64,000 nt of DNA from positions 3,465,025-3,529,024 of the forward strand of contig CM082596.2 in the NCBI GenBank assembly GCA_040954595.2, read 5' to 3'. This document shows positions 14,501 through 29,500 of this stretch, piece by piece. Source of the stretch: Balanoglossus misakiensis. Taxonomy: Eukaryota; Animalia; Hemichordata. The notes beneath the pieces were generated by a model that was not told the DNA's origin, made no database searches, and saw nothing but the letters and a program-made list of their open reading frames with translations. The position numbers and the translations under genes were made by a program. How positions within the stretch are numbered: position 1 is the stretch's first letter; each line of letters begins with the position of its first letter.

Positions 14501-17478
14501 TGTTCTATCGACTTCAATGGTATGATGGTCATCAGGTTCAACTTCTTCACCATTCTTGTACCACGTGATCATCATATCTTGTGTTCCCTGCACCACAGTG
14601 GCCAGCTTTGCCCTGCTGCCTCTGGTCACTTCCAAGCTGTCTATGGTCTTGATAAACCTGGGGGCTTGCTCAGGCAGGGTGACTGGCTTGATTTCTGGCA
14701 GTGCATACTCTTTTGGCAACTGCAATCTGCAAATTGTATTTTCAAACAATAGTCAATGATAAAGTTATATGCAAGTTTTTCACGCACTTACTGACAAGTA
14801 TATAGTTGATGTAAGTACTGTATAGTTTCACATTTTCAATATTAGTAAAATGAAAATGTGAGAATGATAAAAGCATGGCTTGTCTGCGTTTCATAAATCT
14901 GAATAAATCTCATTGCATTTTCCTTTTCATTACATAAACCATGGAAAAACAAGATTACAAAGTGATTCATGCAAAAGAAAAACATTTTATGTTGCTTACA
15001 GAGAAGGTGCACTGGTTTTTACAAAGGGTTTCCTTTCCAGATCAGATAACTTGATAGGAACGGGAGCAAATACTTGTATTTCTTCAACACGCTCTTCCTT
15101 CACTGCCGGATACACTTCCAGGAGCGCAACTGAAGCTCTTGGCGGGAATGGAGGAGGTGGAAGGATCTCCCTCGCAACCGGCATGACAGTTCTGGATTTG
15201 GTGGATCCCTCGCTGTCCTGCTCCTCGCTGTCTTCCGTGATGGTTGACAGGGGTTCATGTGGAGGTCCAAGCTCCGTCTCTGATTGGCTGATATCCTCAC
15301 TTTCACTTGCGGTTGATTCTGGGTCTGCAATCAAAAACAGCAACACACAATTCATTAATTATTAAATGCCTGCAGCCATACCATAGGCATCAAGTGACAG
15401 CCTATTGCCATTCTTGTGTACGGGAAGTTTTCAGATAAAGATTCAACCTTACCATCCACATAAAGCATAGTAGAACAGTAGACAGCCCCACTGGCATTGG
15501 TGGCAGCACATGTGTATTCACCAGCATCTCTGTAATCAGTCTTGGGTATCAACAGAGTTCGAGTATTGCCAATCACATGTAATTGATAATGACTGTCAAT
15601 TCGTAATGGATTCCTCCCTTTGAACCATACCAAAGAAGGACTTGGTGATCCTAGAAAAGGAGATTTAAAAGGAGCAATGTCTGAGTGATGCAGTGTCTTG
15701 TACATGCTATGTTTGTTTGTTTGTTTGTTTTTTTACAGGGAAAACATGTCTATGAAGGGAACATAATAAAGTACATGTATGTTAGAAGAAAAACTGCCAG
15801 ATGACACTTTTCTTTGACAGTGCCCATGATTGTCACATGTTGCCTCCAATCATTAATAAACTTTAAAATGTTGGTAATAGTGGTATCTATCCGCACAAGT
15901 GAAAAGCACATGTACACGTACAATGATTCACAGCACACATAAACAATCTTCACCCACCTTTGACAGTGCAACTAATCCGAGCTGTTTTACCCAAAAGAAC
16001 TCTGCTTTGTTTCTTTGGCTTGTCAATAAACTCGGGTGGTATCTGTTCAGGAATTTCCCGGAGTTTCCAGCTAATTTAATAGGTGGTTGAAAGAGAAAAA
16101 TAAAACATCACTACTACTATTTTTTCAGCCACGTGCCCTTTGTGATTACTCAGACACAGTATGACAGATGACATTTCCGTAGCTTATTTTAAGCTCCTCA
16201 TCACTCTTCCACGGACTGGATCCCAGTTTATTACTAGACGAACTAAACATTTGAATGCACCAAAGGCGCTTGTCTCGCAAATTAGCCCAGGAAATTCGAA
16301 ATCTCCAACGCTCTTTGCCAACTTTCATAACTTCTCGAAGTTATCAATGTACCGGCCGGTATATGAACAGAGGATATGCCTTTTTAAACATGGCCACCAA
16401 ACGTGTGCTGCATTATGTGGCCACCCCCTTGTATGCCCCTCCACAATTCGATAAAATGAACAGAATAGAAGTTTAACTTCATTCTAAAACTTAACCACTC
16501 AAAGTAATTTTATATTTTACTATTTTGTTAGCCAACGACAGTTTCTAAATATATCAATGCGCGAGGTTAGCAGCTTCGACGTGTTGCTAATACGGAGGGA
16601 GGATGTATATTTAAAAGACAAGCCATTTATTTCAATTGATTTCTCCTTGTCCGCGATTTATCGGACCCTATTAAAGCAAAGTTATGTTTATTTTGTCGCT
16701 AAATATCTTTATTTCTCAGATCATGGAGTAAGACTTTTCATATTTAATGGAAAGTGAGTTTCGTAATATGTTTTTTTCATATATCTTATTTCCCATGACG
16801 CCCCACTACATCGGCCTCGCTTTAAACTTTTTGGCGATGTTCATTTGTTTACATGTTTACGTGGGCAAACTTTTTTGTGAAATGACGCGGCCCTGCCCTG
16901 TTTCGGTGAAATATTGAATGTAAGAAGGCACTTTGTCTTCACACGTTGCTTAATTTACAACCAGGCTACACATTATAACAGGTAGGATACATATAATGTT
17001 CCGTTATAGGCACAGACAACGCTATTTTCGAAATTCCCCAATCTCCGTACATGTTTGTGAAAGTGAGCAGACGACATACATTTCTATTTTGTGGAAATGG
17101 TGACGTTTCGGCTACGTAAGATGTATTGTATAGCATATAAGAGAATACTGTTGTCTCACACGTTGGTAATTTACTACCAGACTACAAATTCTAACAGGCT
17201 GGAATTATCATGTTCCATTATATCCACAGACGACACGTCTAAATGCTTAACGCCGTGCATGTTTTCGAGCAGACGACGCGATACATTTCTTTTGTGTGGA
17301 AATCGACATTTTGCTATGGAACACGTGGAAGATGGAGTGTTGTACAAAAGAAGAAGAGCACCGTGCCCTCACATGATTTTGGTAATTTACGACAAGACTG
17401 CAATAGGTAGGATATATACACCTTCCCGTTTTGTGGAAAAAGTAACATTTTGTGATATGTAAATACGCAGCTGTACCG

Positions 17479-17509
<31 letters not shown>

Positions 17510-20500
17510 GCTGATTAGCGCCCCCCCCCCCAACGGTACAGCTGCGTATCACAGCTACATTTTGTGACATGTAAATAATTTAAACTTTTGCATTATTTCA
17601 AAAATTAGTGTATACATATACATGTACAGCAATAGCTGTGGTACGTAGCTGTACTGTGGGTGGGGTGGGGGGGGGGGGCTGATAAGCGCCCCCCCCCCCC
17701 TACCCAACGGTACAGCTGCATACCACAGCTAATATACAGCAAGGAATTGGAAGTTTTTGTCTGATGCAAATAGTACCATAGTACCTATGTAATTGTTACC
17801 TTATCACATTTGCCAAAGAAAGTTCAACAGATAAGGGGTACTTTACCTGGTTTCATCTGAGGCACTTTCCTTTGGTTCTTCTATAAACTCTGTGGAGAAA
17901 AAATATTATTCTTAGTTTTCTTCAGGTTTGGCACATTTGTCACAATTTTCATTTGTACTAAACTTATTGGCAGCCAGTACAATTGTTCTTTGCTGAAATG
18001 GAGAAACTGTACATTTTGTAAAAAATATATAAGGACCTATATGATGTACTTCAACTAACCTTTGACGTCCAGATGGCATGAACATGATGATCTTCCCATG
18101 CTATTTGTAGCCACACATGAGTATTCCCCACTGCTACTTTTACCAACTGATACAACGATTAGCAGACAAACTCCTTCATCTGTAGTTTCCATGATGTGGT
18201 TGTCTCCTTCGTGAATGCTAATGCCGTTATGGAACCAGATAATTTCCGGCTCTGGGACACCACTGACTTGACAGTCAAAGCGGGCTGAGTTGTTCGGGGC
18301 AACCTTTACATCTTTGAGTGGCGCCATGAACATTGGTGCGGTGAAACTGCTTCGTCTTTCACATACAGGAGCTGAAAAATGAGCGATTTTTAAATCAAAC
18401 TCATTCTAAATCCACCTGATCATTTTTCATCTGGTATCAGAGATTAAATTTTGGAATGAACGACAAATTTTGAAATCATGATCGAGGTCTCAGAATCTCA
18501 GAAGTGATTGAATCACAGTTACAAAATTACTGTTATGTCATTGTCCTTGTTATGGTCGAAATGGACTAAAGTGTCAGAAAAGTTATTGATGACATGTCTT
18601 ATATGTGAGTTCTAATGTAAAAAGTGTAAAACAAATAGGATCAACATACTTTTGACCATCAGATCACCAACAGAGTAGACTTGACCTTCAGCATTGCTTG
18701 CAGTGATGGTGTATTCTCCTGTGTCATCATCATGGCAGTTTGAGATTTCAAGTGAATATAAACTGTTTTCATCATATATTCTATAACGACCTTCATTTTT
18801 CAACTGCCTACCACCAAAGAACCATGTAACTGAAGGCTTTGGAATGCCTGGAAATAGATTATGAGAAGGTAGAAATAGTAATTCTTGGACATGGTTTTAT
18901 AAATCCAAGGGTTTTGTTCATTTGCTCATTAACACACAGGTCATTAAATTAGACTCTCACAGCCCTAATTTTCAACAAGATAAACTTCTCTGGTTAGATA
19001 AGATGTGCGCCCTCAACACTTCAGCTGAGCCAAGTTTGACTTACCACTGACACCACACATTAGTCTTGCTGTTTCACCTCTTTCAACATCCAGATTTTGC
19101 AGTTTCATAGTCAGTTCAGGTGCAGTGACTTCTTCAACATCAATCTGCACCACAGGCATTGGCATCCCTGGTCCTCTCTTTTGAATTTCATCAATAGGTG
19201 AATCTCGACTGAACACAAAGAGAGATTATGAAAGTAAATTCCAAACACTTCTATTCTAGATGGACTGTTTTGCAACCACTAATCAATTAATTAATAGAAA
19301 CGAATTTCATTTTTGGTCATGTCTGCTTATTCTGGCAATAACAGGAATGAGACTAGGCATCATAATTAATGGCTAGTAGGCTTTGCTGTAAATCTACAAT
19401 TTAATAAATTGTACATGTACTTACCTTGAGGGTGACTCTTCAGCAGATGGAGCTGTCTCATATTCAGACGATACAGACCCTACAGGCAGCAATTAGATCA
19501 GTAATAAAAGTTAATCTCCTTGCATTAGGGTTTATTAACATGCAAATCACAGTTTCTTAATAGCTGAACTGGTATAGTTCCAGGTATTATAATGCAAAAT
19601 TGGGTATTTTTTACCTTCAACAACAAGCTCCGCTGATGTTTTGGCTGTTCCAACTTTATTTGAAGCTTGGCATGAATAAATGCCCTCATCTTCTTGAGTT
19701 GCAGCATTTACTGTCAAAAAGCACTTGTGGTCATCTCTCAAAAATTGGAGCCGCTCACTCTCTCTGATTTCTTCTTCATTCTTCAGCCAGTGTATCTCAG
19801 GCGTTGGTATTCCTTGGACATGACATTCAAATCGAATAGTATTTCCATTTGATACTTCATGGTCTGACAGCAGTTTGGTAAATTCAGGTGCTGTGGAAAG
19901 ATTTCACCATGTTATATCGCAGAGTAGGAAAGGAGTTCTGAGTGTGAAATTTTCACAAGAAATGCCAAAAGAGAAACTTTATCAAATGATATAAAGGAAA
20001 TATGTCACCATGGTTGTTTTTGAGATGTAGCTATTCAGATATTTCTGGCAATATTATAAATTTTGAGTAGCCATTTAAGTCACCAGTGATGCATGAAATG
20101 ACGAAATGATATTTAAAATGAAATCCAAATATTCACATACCCTTTACACTTTTTCTCACGTTGTATCCACGGAATGCAGATTGAATTTTCACGACAGCTT
20201 GTATCATTTCTTGATTGTGAAGATCAAACTCAAATTCAGGCTGTTCTTCGGGTAGGACTTCCTTTTTCACTTCACTGGAAACTGCAGGTTCAGCTTTCAG
20301 TTCAACTGGCAACTGCTCAACAGATTTTTCAGTCTCTTCCTTTCTCTCTTTTCCTTCATAGACAATAACTCTTGGCAATGGCGATGCCAGTTCTAACTCT
20401 CCCTCCTCCTCCTCTATGTTGTCAACTTGTTCGATGTTAAGGGGCGCGTCAATCCACATCATTTCAATGGGAATCACCAAGACAAACTCTTCTCCATGTT

Positions 20501-23500
20501 GTTTCGTGACCTCTTGCATGGCTTCTGCTGCATCAGTGCTGTACTGTAGCCCTTCTGCGACTTCACTAGTTGTCACCACTCCAATTTCCTCAGGCATGGC
20601 TTTCAGAAATCCCGTCTCCCTTGCACTGTCGGGTGCTCCTATAATATCAATATCTTCTGTGACTTCTGATGGAGTTACCACAACGAATTCATCACCACTT
20701 GTGGCCGATTTTGCTTTCATGGCCTCAGTGTCCATTTTGTCCTGAAGTTCTGCTGTCTCAGTAGGAGTAACAACTTCCAATTCAATGGGTATGGCCGCTG
20801 GGATAGACAATTCCTCAGTTGTCTCAACAGATAATGAAACATCCATAACCTCTGCAATTTCAGATGGAAACACAACCACTAATTCTTCACCAATCCTTGC
20901 TTCTGTAACTGTTTTGATGTCAAGATCTGTTTTGTCTTGGAACTCTGCAGTTTCACTTGGTGTTACAAGTTCAACTTCCAGAGGAGTGGTGATAGATGGA
21001 GCAAGAATTTCAAGAGGAGCTGAGATATCAATAACCTCTGCCATTTCAGATGAAGTTGCCATAGCCAGTTCTTCGCTTATAACTGCTTCTTTGAGTTTTG
21101 AATCTGCCACACTAGTTTCATACTCTACGTGAACCGATTCACTTGGGATGACAAGTTCCACCTCTTGAGGAATGACAGCTGCTTGGAGTACCTTTTCTTG
21201 CCCAGCGACTAAAGTCTCAATATCAATCCTTCCTGCCATTTCTGTGGACGCTGCTACAGCTAGCTCTTCACTTGCGACAGCTTCTTTCAATCTCTCAGTG
21301 GCAGCTTTGGCTTCATACTGGATGGGAACTGTTTCACTTGGTATTACCATTTCTACTTCTTGAGGAGTTTCTACAGATGCGACTAGTTTTTCTTCCCTTA
21401 ATTCAGACACAGGAATGTCAATCCCTTCCACCATTTCTGTGGGCATCGTTACTACCAATTCATCACTGGTGATTGCTTCTTTCAATTCTTCAGCTTTAGC
21501 TTCAACATTATACTGAACAGGGACTGATTCACTTGGTCCCACCAATTCCATTATCTCAGGAACTTCTGCTGATGGTTTTAGGGTTTCCCGATATTTTTCC
21601 ATGCTTTCAATATTAATATCTTCTACCATTTCTTCTGATGTTGGCATTGCTAGTTCTTCACTTGCGATACCTTCTGTAAGTTTTTCAGCTGGAGCTTTCA
21701 TTTCATACTGAAGTGGAATAGTTTCACTGGGTATAACAACTTCCACTTCTTGCGGAATTTCTACAGGTTTTACTGGTTTTTCTCTTCCCAGTTCTGAGAA
21801 TGAAAAATCAACACCTTCTATCATTTCTGATGGTGTAGCAAGTACTAATTCTTCACTTGTAACTGCTTCGGTAAGCTTGGACACTTCATCTTCTGATTTA
21901 TACAGCAATGGAATGGTTTCACTTGAAGTTACAAGTTTCATTTCTTGAGAAACTCCTACAGCTGGCAATGATCTTTCTGATTGTTCACCAGATACTGGAA
22001 TATCAATGTCTTGTACTATTTCTGTTGACACTGCAACAGCTCGTTCCTCACTTGCGACAGCTTCTTTCATCTTTTCAACTTCAGCTTTGGTCTCATACTG
22101 AACTGGAACCATTTCACTGGGTATTATCACTTCCATAATCTGAGGCACTCCAGGCAATGGTTGCGTTTTTTCTTTATCTGTGTCTAAAACATCCATACTT
22201 TCTACAATTTCTTCTGATGCTGTTACTGCCAATTCCTCACTTGTAACAGCAACTTCTCCAACTTTTTCAGTCTGATCCTTCATTTCACTCTGAATGGGAA
22301 CTCTTTCACTGGGTACCACAACTTCCATCTCCTGAGGAGTTTCCACGACAGCCACTGACTTGTGTAGTCCAATATCTGATACGTTCATTTCCTCTACTAT
22401 TTCTGATGACGTGGTAACTGCAAGTTCATCAGTTAAAACAGATTCTTTAAGTTTGGTAGCTTCATGATGTTGTTGATCTTGAATGTATGCTGTTTCACTT
22501 GGAGTAATAATTCCCATTTCTTGAGGAATCTCTGCAAGAATGCCCTTTTCCCGGCCAACAGCTGAGACACTTACGTCAATATCCTCCAGGATTTCAGATG
22601 ATAACGCAATGGCATATTCTTCAACTCTGGCAACTTCTGTTGGCTTTTCTGCCCCAAAGTCGGTTTGATGCTCGACTAGAACTGTTTCACTAGGCGTGAC
22701 CAGTTCCATTTCCTGTGGAATTGACACTGAAAGTCTCCGTTCTGGTGCTGTGTCCAGAGCAGGCACATCAAGATCTCCAGTGGTTTCTGTTGGCATTGCT
22801 ACTGCAAGTTCTTCACCTTCTTCCTTTGAAAATTTAGCTGCTTCAGGTTTTCTGTCAGTATACTCTAACTCTGCTCTCTCCTCAGGTGTAACAAGTTCAA
22901 GTTGAGTCGAAATTGCTTTTGGTAGACCAAGCGTCTCAGGCTGCAGATCTATCTCCCTCACATCAATGACAAGAGTTTCCTCAGATGGCATTGCAGAGAC
23001 CAATTCCTGACTGACTGGACTTTTCTTCACTTTTCCTTCTTCCAATCCAGCCAGTAGCCATTCAGTCTTTTCTACTGGAGTGACAGTCACCAGTTCTGCA
23101 AGTTGTTGTGATTCTTGTGGCTTTTGTTTATCCATTTCATCTTCTGTCAAGTGAATGTCCACTTGCAGTGCAGTTTCTGTTGGTATGACAGTCAAGTGTT
23201 CTTCAGCTGCAAGTCTTGGCCGCTCTTGACCAATTGCTTGTTTCACTTCCACATTTTCAGCCTCTTCCATAGGTGTGCTTATTCCCCACTCACCAGCTAT
23301 TCCCAGTGGTGCTCGAAGGGTTTCCGTAGGAGCTAAGCTGTCCACACCTGCACTAGTGATTTCCATAGGTGTTGAAACAGTCCTCTCCTCTGCTGTAATT
23401 TGGCCAGATTCGTACTTTTCAACATTATCCTTTGCTGGTTCAACATATATCTCTTGAGCCAGTTCAGTTTGTGCCACAAATGCAACTTCCTCTGCTGTAA

Positions 23501-26500
23501 CTTTTGGAATGGAGGTTAGTTTTTGCTTTTCGTCAACCTTTGGTACAGAGAAATATTCAGTTTGTTCCATCTCAGCAGTCGCCCTAAACTCCTCAGCTTT
23601 CATCTGACTCTTATGCTTCTCCTCTACTTGTTCGCAGGGCAACGGTGAAACTTGCTCTGTTAAGGACACAATTCTGAGCTCATCAGCTACTAAATGTGCA
23701 TGCTTCTGTTCTTCTAACGGCGCCTGTGTCACATTTTCACAGGTTTCAGATGTGGCTGTAAGTCTTAGCTCTTCCGCAGTAAGTTCTGAGAGCGCTTTCT
23801 CAGATGGAGCTTCTGGTGGCAAATCTACGATTATTTCCTTTGCGCCACAGATTTCCATCTCTTCAGCTGCTTGGGTGGTCACTCCTGCTGTCATCTCATC
23901 GAAGGCAGGTCTTTCAATAAAACTATCTGCAGTCTCTTCTTGGACAGCTTCAGAAACTTCATCACTTTCAAACTTGAAGCTCGCAGATTGTTTACGAGTT
24001 GGCGATATTTGTGTCCTTACCTCTTCAGTATGTTCAAGTGGAGTGGCAATGTCAAATTCATCTACTTTACTGTGTACAAACTTTGCCGTCTCTCCTTCAG
24101 GTATTTCTTGTTTGTGGTCCTGAGTTTCTTCTGATTCTATCTCAATCTCTTGCAACTTGCCTTCGTATATTGGTTTTTGTTTCCTCTCAAGTATCTCCAC
24201 CTTCTCTCCTTCTACTTTCATTTCTAGTTCATACTCAGGATACTGAGACACAGTCGACTGCTGTGTGGGCGCAACCACAAACTCACTGACAAGAACTTCT
24301 GATGTTTCCACCGGGGATACCAAACGAAGTTCTTCACCTCTGTTCAGGTCAACTTCCAGTGTCTCTTTCTTATCTGAAAGCTGTCCTGCTAGTTGTGTTG
24401 TTTCTGTTGGTACAACTAACGTTCTCTCTTTCCCTGCAAATTGTCCTGGTGGTGTTTTCTCACTTCCGGGCACCATAACCTTGAGACCCGCTACAACTTC
24501 CGACGGCTGCAACACTGATAGTTTCTGGGAATAGTAAACACTTCTTGCAGATTTTGAACCTGGAAACAAAGTCCTTGACACAGTCTTCGTAATTTCGGTG
24601 GGTGTGACGATGTTCACCTCCCCTGCCTTGTGTAAAGACACTGGAGTTTTTGTAATAGCTGACTTTGTGTAGTCTTTTTCAAGTGTTTTACTTTCATCCT
24701 CCTCAAAGTAAAAGACTTCTTCATTTGCTGTATTGATACTTTTAGGAATTTCCTCTTTGATGGATGTTTCAGCTTTAGCAGGTTCTTCAAAGATAGCTTC
24801 TTCTTTGGGTAATTCTACCTCTTGGTCCCTGAGTTCACTTGGAAGACTTTCATCTAGCACCTTCTCTGAAATTTCCTGAGTTTCTTCTGAATGAAAATTG
24901 AAATGATACAAGTCATTAAATACTGGTTGAACTGTCAAAGGCATTCCACGGGACCTTGCGACAGTGATCTCAGCAATTCGAAAATCCTGTCTGTATCTAC
25001 ATGATTCAAAAGCGAGTTCAATGTTAATACTCTGTTTGTGCATCCGCTGTTCCATTACAGATTGATCCGGTGTGTATTGCATAGAATGAAAATGAGAACT
25101 GTGGCTGTTCTGAGAAAGATTATTACATCCTCCAGAAGTGTTGGCTTTCTGTAGGGTTAGATGTGCCGTAGATTTCTTGACTGAACACAAGTTGCATTCA
25201 CTAGATGCAGTGTTATTGTTAAGTTGTGAAACCGATGAATTATGGTTCCTCTGAGGGTGGTTTACACGTGTTCTACCAGTATAGTAGAAAGCTTTGAAAC
25301 TACGGTATCTGTTATTTGCATGGTTCGTTGCTGGTTTAATAGTAGAAGGCACTTGTGTTTGCTTGTTGGTATTGCTTGAATTGCTTTTCCATATATGTTT
25401 GTCAAAACTTTTGAATGGTTTGGGAGAACTACTAAAAGGTCGCACCTTGTTACCAAATGCCAAATGGCTCCTATTTACAGTAGGTACAAAATTATGTTTG
25501 GAAAGTGTTTGCATATTTTTGAAAGATGCAACATGATTGGTGCATGATTCCAGATGGTTGTTGTTAATATGGTTAGTAAATGATCTTATTGGTTGAGAGT
25601 GCTCTTGCACACTGCCATTGGCTGGAATGTCACAGTCAGTTGACTTATGATGAAGACGACGATGGTAGAGATGGCTAATAAGGTTTGAGCAGTGATGTTT
25701 TTGTGCATTGATACTTGAATGTTGTTGAAGATAGCTGTCTCGTTGGATGGTTTTGTGGCAAGCTTCCTGTCCAATGTTTTTTTGTGTAAAGCGACAACTG
25801 TTAGTTTTCCTTTCTTTGATTGGTGCGGAAAGGTTAGCTGCATCCTTGCCAGGTGGAATGCTGTAGGTGCTCAATTCCAAGTGGTTATTGTTAGCAGATG
25901 CAGCAAGTGCTTGGTTAGATAGCTTTGTTATCCTGTTAGTGTTAGTCCACAGAGTAAAGTTGCCAATTTCCAAGTAACACTGGCTAGTGAACACATCAGA
26001 TGGTTGCTTTGTGGGTTTCTCAATGCAAAATTCCGTAATGGCACCTGTTGATTTACGCAGCTGGCATTCAATAGTAATTTCACTCAGTACTGATTTGCTC
26101 TTCAAGTCCAGTGATGCTGCCATTTAAAGATTAAAATATAACATAAAAAGTTTTAAGGGTGACATATTAAAATGCATTCATGAAGTTAGAACAGAGCATA
26201 CATATTGTGTTAAAATTCACAGACAGTGATGATCAGTTAATATTTTCTTCTAAGGTGATAGATGTTACAGTGCATTGTCCGTTTTTCTACACGTAGCATA
26301 GCATTTAAAAATTAATGGTTATTCTACTTTACCAGGAAACCAACACTTGTGACCAATAAATAAATTTTGGCACAATTTATCTATCACAGTGTAACAAGGA
26401 AATGAGATGGTGACAGAACAAGCTGCCAATTACTAAGCCTTAATATTTTGAATGATGTTCTGTTTGTTCCATATGTTTTGCACAATAGAACATATGTTGA

Positions 26501-29500
26501 AATTCTTTGTAAAACGCATGACCTTCTCTTGCTATATTGCTGCCAGTGCATTTGATGCAGATTCACCTAATGTTCCCATGTGAATTTAAAAAGTACTGTA
26601 AATCACTTATCATTCATCATCTTTTCATTTAATCAACCTCCTTTGTCTATGCTGCCAGAAACAGTGATCAGAAAACTGATAATATCACATGCATGGTCAT
26701 GACAGTGATTGATTGCAACAAGATACAAAGATGTACGGTATACTCATCTGCCTACATATACAATGGCATGCCACCTTCAATTAATATGGTTTATAATTAG
26801 CATATTGGGAACATATGTGACATTGCTGTAAAATTTTAATTACTATGTCATAATTACACTTATTAAATTCTTATTTTTAAGAATATGTAGATGTATAACT
26901 ATGACTATTTTGAAATGTCAAAATACATTTGGATATTTGACATTGAGTGTTTGTGACAGATATCAAGCTGTTTGTAAATGACTATACCTGTATGTCGCAG
27001 TTTGAGTTGAGCATAGCAAACTGCCTCTCCGGCAAGATTGACCGCCTGGCATTTGTATTCCGCAACATCACAGTCATCCAGGTCTGCAATGATGAGTCGA
27101 TGGACGCCATCCCCATTTCTTTCTATAGTAATTCTATCGGCGTCTCGAATCTGTCTGTCTCCCTGATACCACTTTACAGATGGTTTGGGATGGCCCGACA
27201 CTGTTGTTTCAAAAACTGCCCGTCCTCCTGGTACAGATTTGCATCCTTTGATGGGTTGATCAAATACTGGTGGTTTCTGTCTCTCTGCTAGTGGCATCCT
27301 TTCTGTCTCTCTCTGGAGCTTCTCACTTGCAAGTTCTGTAGTAAAAGTCAAAACAGGAAGGTTTTTGTCTCTGTCAGCCGCTGCAGGTATGCACTAACCA
27401 CAGATTACACAAAAGCCATTTGAAAGATTGTAACAGCAGCAGTTGTAACAGATACCGCACAAATCATAGACAACGTGCTATTACAAAGCCTGTTTGGAAA
27501 CAGATGTTCCCTTTAAAATGAAATTTCTCATTTCTTTTCTGACGACCACTTAATGCATCATTACCATATAGAATGGACAAATGATGCATATCATTCTGTT
27601 AATGATTATTTGTATGTCAGCTCATGTAACTATGACTTTGCAGGCATTTTAAAATGTATTTCATGTCATGACTTTCGACAGTAACAACAACACACAGGTG
27701 TATAGATGTGATCTGGGTTTTTATGTGCATGTGTGAGGTAATTTAGTCTGCAGCTGCAATCCATTGATGATACTTTTTCCGTAAGCCAAAGCAAGTGATC
27801 ATCTTTCAATTTCAGTGTATACTTACCTAACTGGAAGCAAATGTTAATGGTACAGTGCCTGTAATGGTTTATGATTAATTTTACAGGATTCAGAGCGTCA
27901 ACTATTTCTTGTTCTACTAAAAGCAAATTTAAATGCCTAGTGCTTTGACTTGTCAAATAAACTAATTTAATACATATTATTAAATTTTTATGAATTGTGA
28001 TTTTACTATGATATCGTTAATATAACTAAAATTTGTGTTTTGAAAGTCTAAAACTGCTTATTTTTAAAGAGAGTTGAAAGAGGTCAGATTCAGTTAGCTT
28101 TTAAGTAAAATAGCTTACCGAGAATACGTTTGCCTGCACTGTTCAATAATATCAACAAAACCTACCTACCACATCTGCTGCTCTTGGCTCGTAGTTTTGA
28201 GTACCTGCTCTCAAAAGGCCTATTAGCAGTGGCATGCATTATCATGATCCGTTTGACAATTTATCGCAGATTAGAATCACTTAAGGGAGGACATATCTCT
28301 CTCGTTCAGGTGAAACAATATGACCTAGTGATCAGAAACAACATAACTGTTGCATGCATTTCACTGTAATTGGAGTTCAGAGGTTAAAACTGGTTTGAGC
28401 GAAGGTGGGTGTATCTTCCTGGAATTGAAATATGACAATGCTATTTGTCAATTTCTAGGAAATATTATCAGATTATTTGTTTTCTGAAAATAATATCACA
28501 GATTAAAAGAAGATAATTTCAGATTCATGCCCTGTTTGAAACAGGCATTCTGAAAAAGATTTTAAGTTTTAATCCTTCTGGCCTAAGGCCTTCCCTTTGC
28601 TATTAGGGTCATGGTTGTTAGATTTTTACAAGTGTTTTTAATGAAACAGTTATAATTTCTTTTTATATTATTTGAATGAATAGCTGCATGTTCAATAATA
28701 CAGAATAAAGGTTTGCAAGGAGAGTGTAATTTGTTCAGCGCGTTACAGCCAGATGTTTTCCTTCAATTTGGACAGCCTGACAGAAACGTTATGCTTTCAG
28801 CAGGTTTCCATGGCAACCATCAAAATGGTAATCCTGGTTCAATTGAGGCAATATTGCAAGTCATCAGGCAGTACACAAAAAGGCCATCAACACAGAAACT
28901 GGTGGGCTGTCAGAATATTTCCTAAATTCCATGCGTTTAAATGATGAATATTCAAAGAAAATCCGCATCTGTTTACACTCTGATTGGGACTTATAATGTA
29001 AAACTTTAAACCTTGAGCTTTGTTTTGTTACTGATCTTGTTTCCCGGTTCTTCAGATAATTTGTTTTCATGGGCATGGTTTTTTTTTTAATGTCTACTGT
29101 GCCATTAGCCAGTAAGAGTTAGATAAAACATGATCTTGTAGATTTTTTTGCAAAATCTGAAACCAACCCAAATCCTCAGGCTACCTGCAGGTTGTTTTCC
29201 AAAACAACATATTTCATTTGCCTTTCTAATAAAAAATGCATGATTCCATGTGACTGAAAGCCTGATATCAGTTTTGTAGCATTTAATATCAGGAAGTCTA
29301 GTTACCCCTCAGGTCAGTCAGGGTGGTTAAATATTTCATGGATGAATTCAAATAATTTCCATATTCCGCTGTGCTAGATATGATATATGTAAATTTGTTC
29401 CATGCAAATAATTAATATTTGATAGCTTTTTTGTTGTTGAGAAAAATTGACAATTTCTCAGGCTTGTATTTATCTAGACAACAATCATGTATGATGACAT

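Noticed and set aside
20174-25922. Many plus-strand Ser/Thr-rich ORFs
   Set aside because: Antisense shadows of the giant minus-strand exon.
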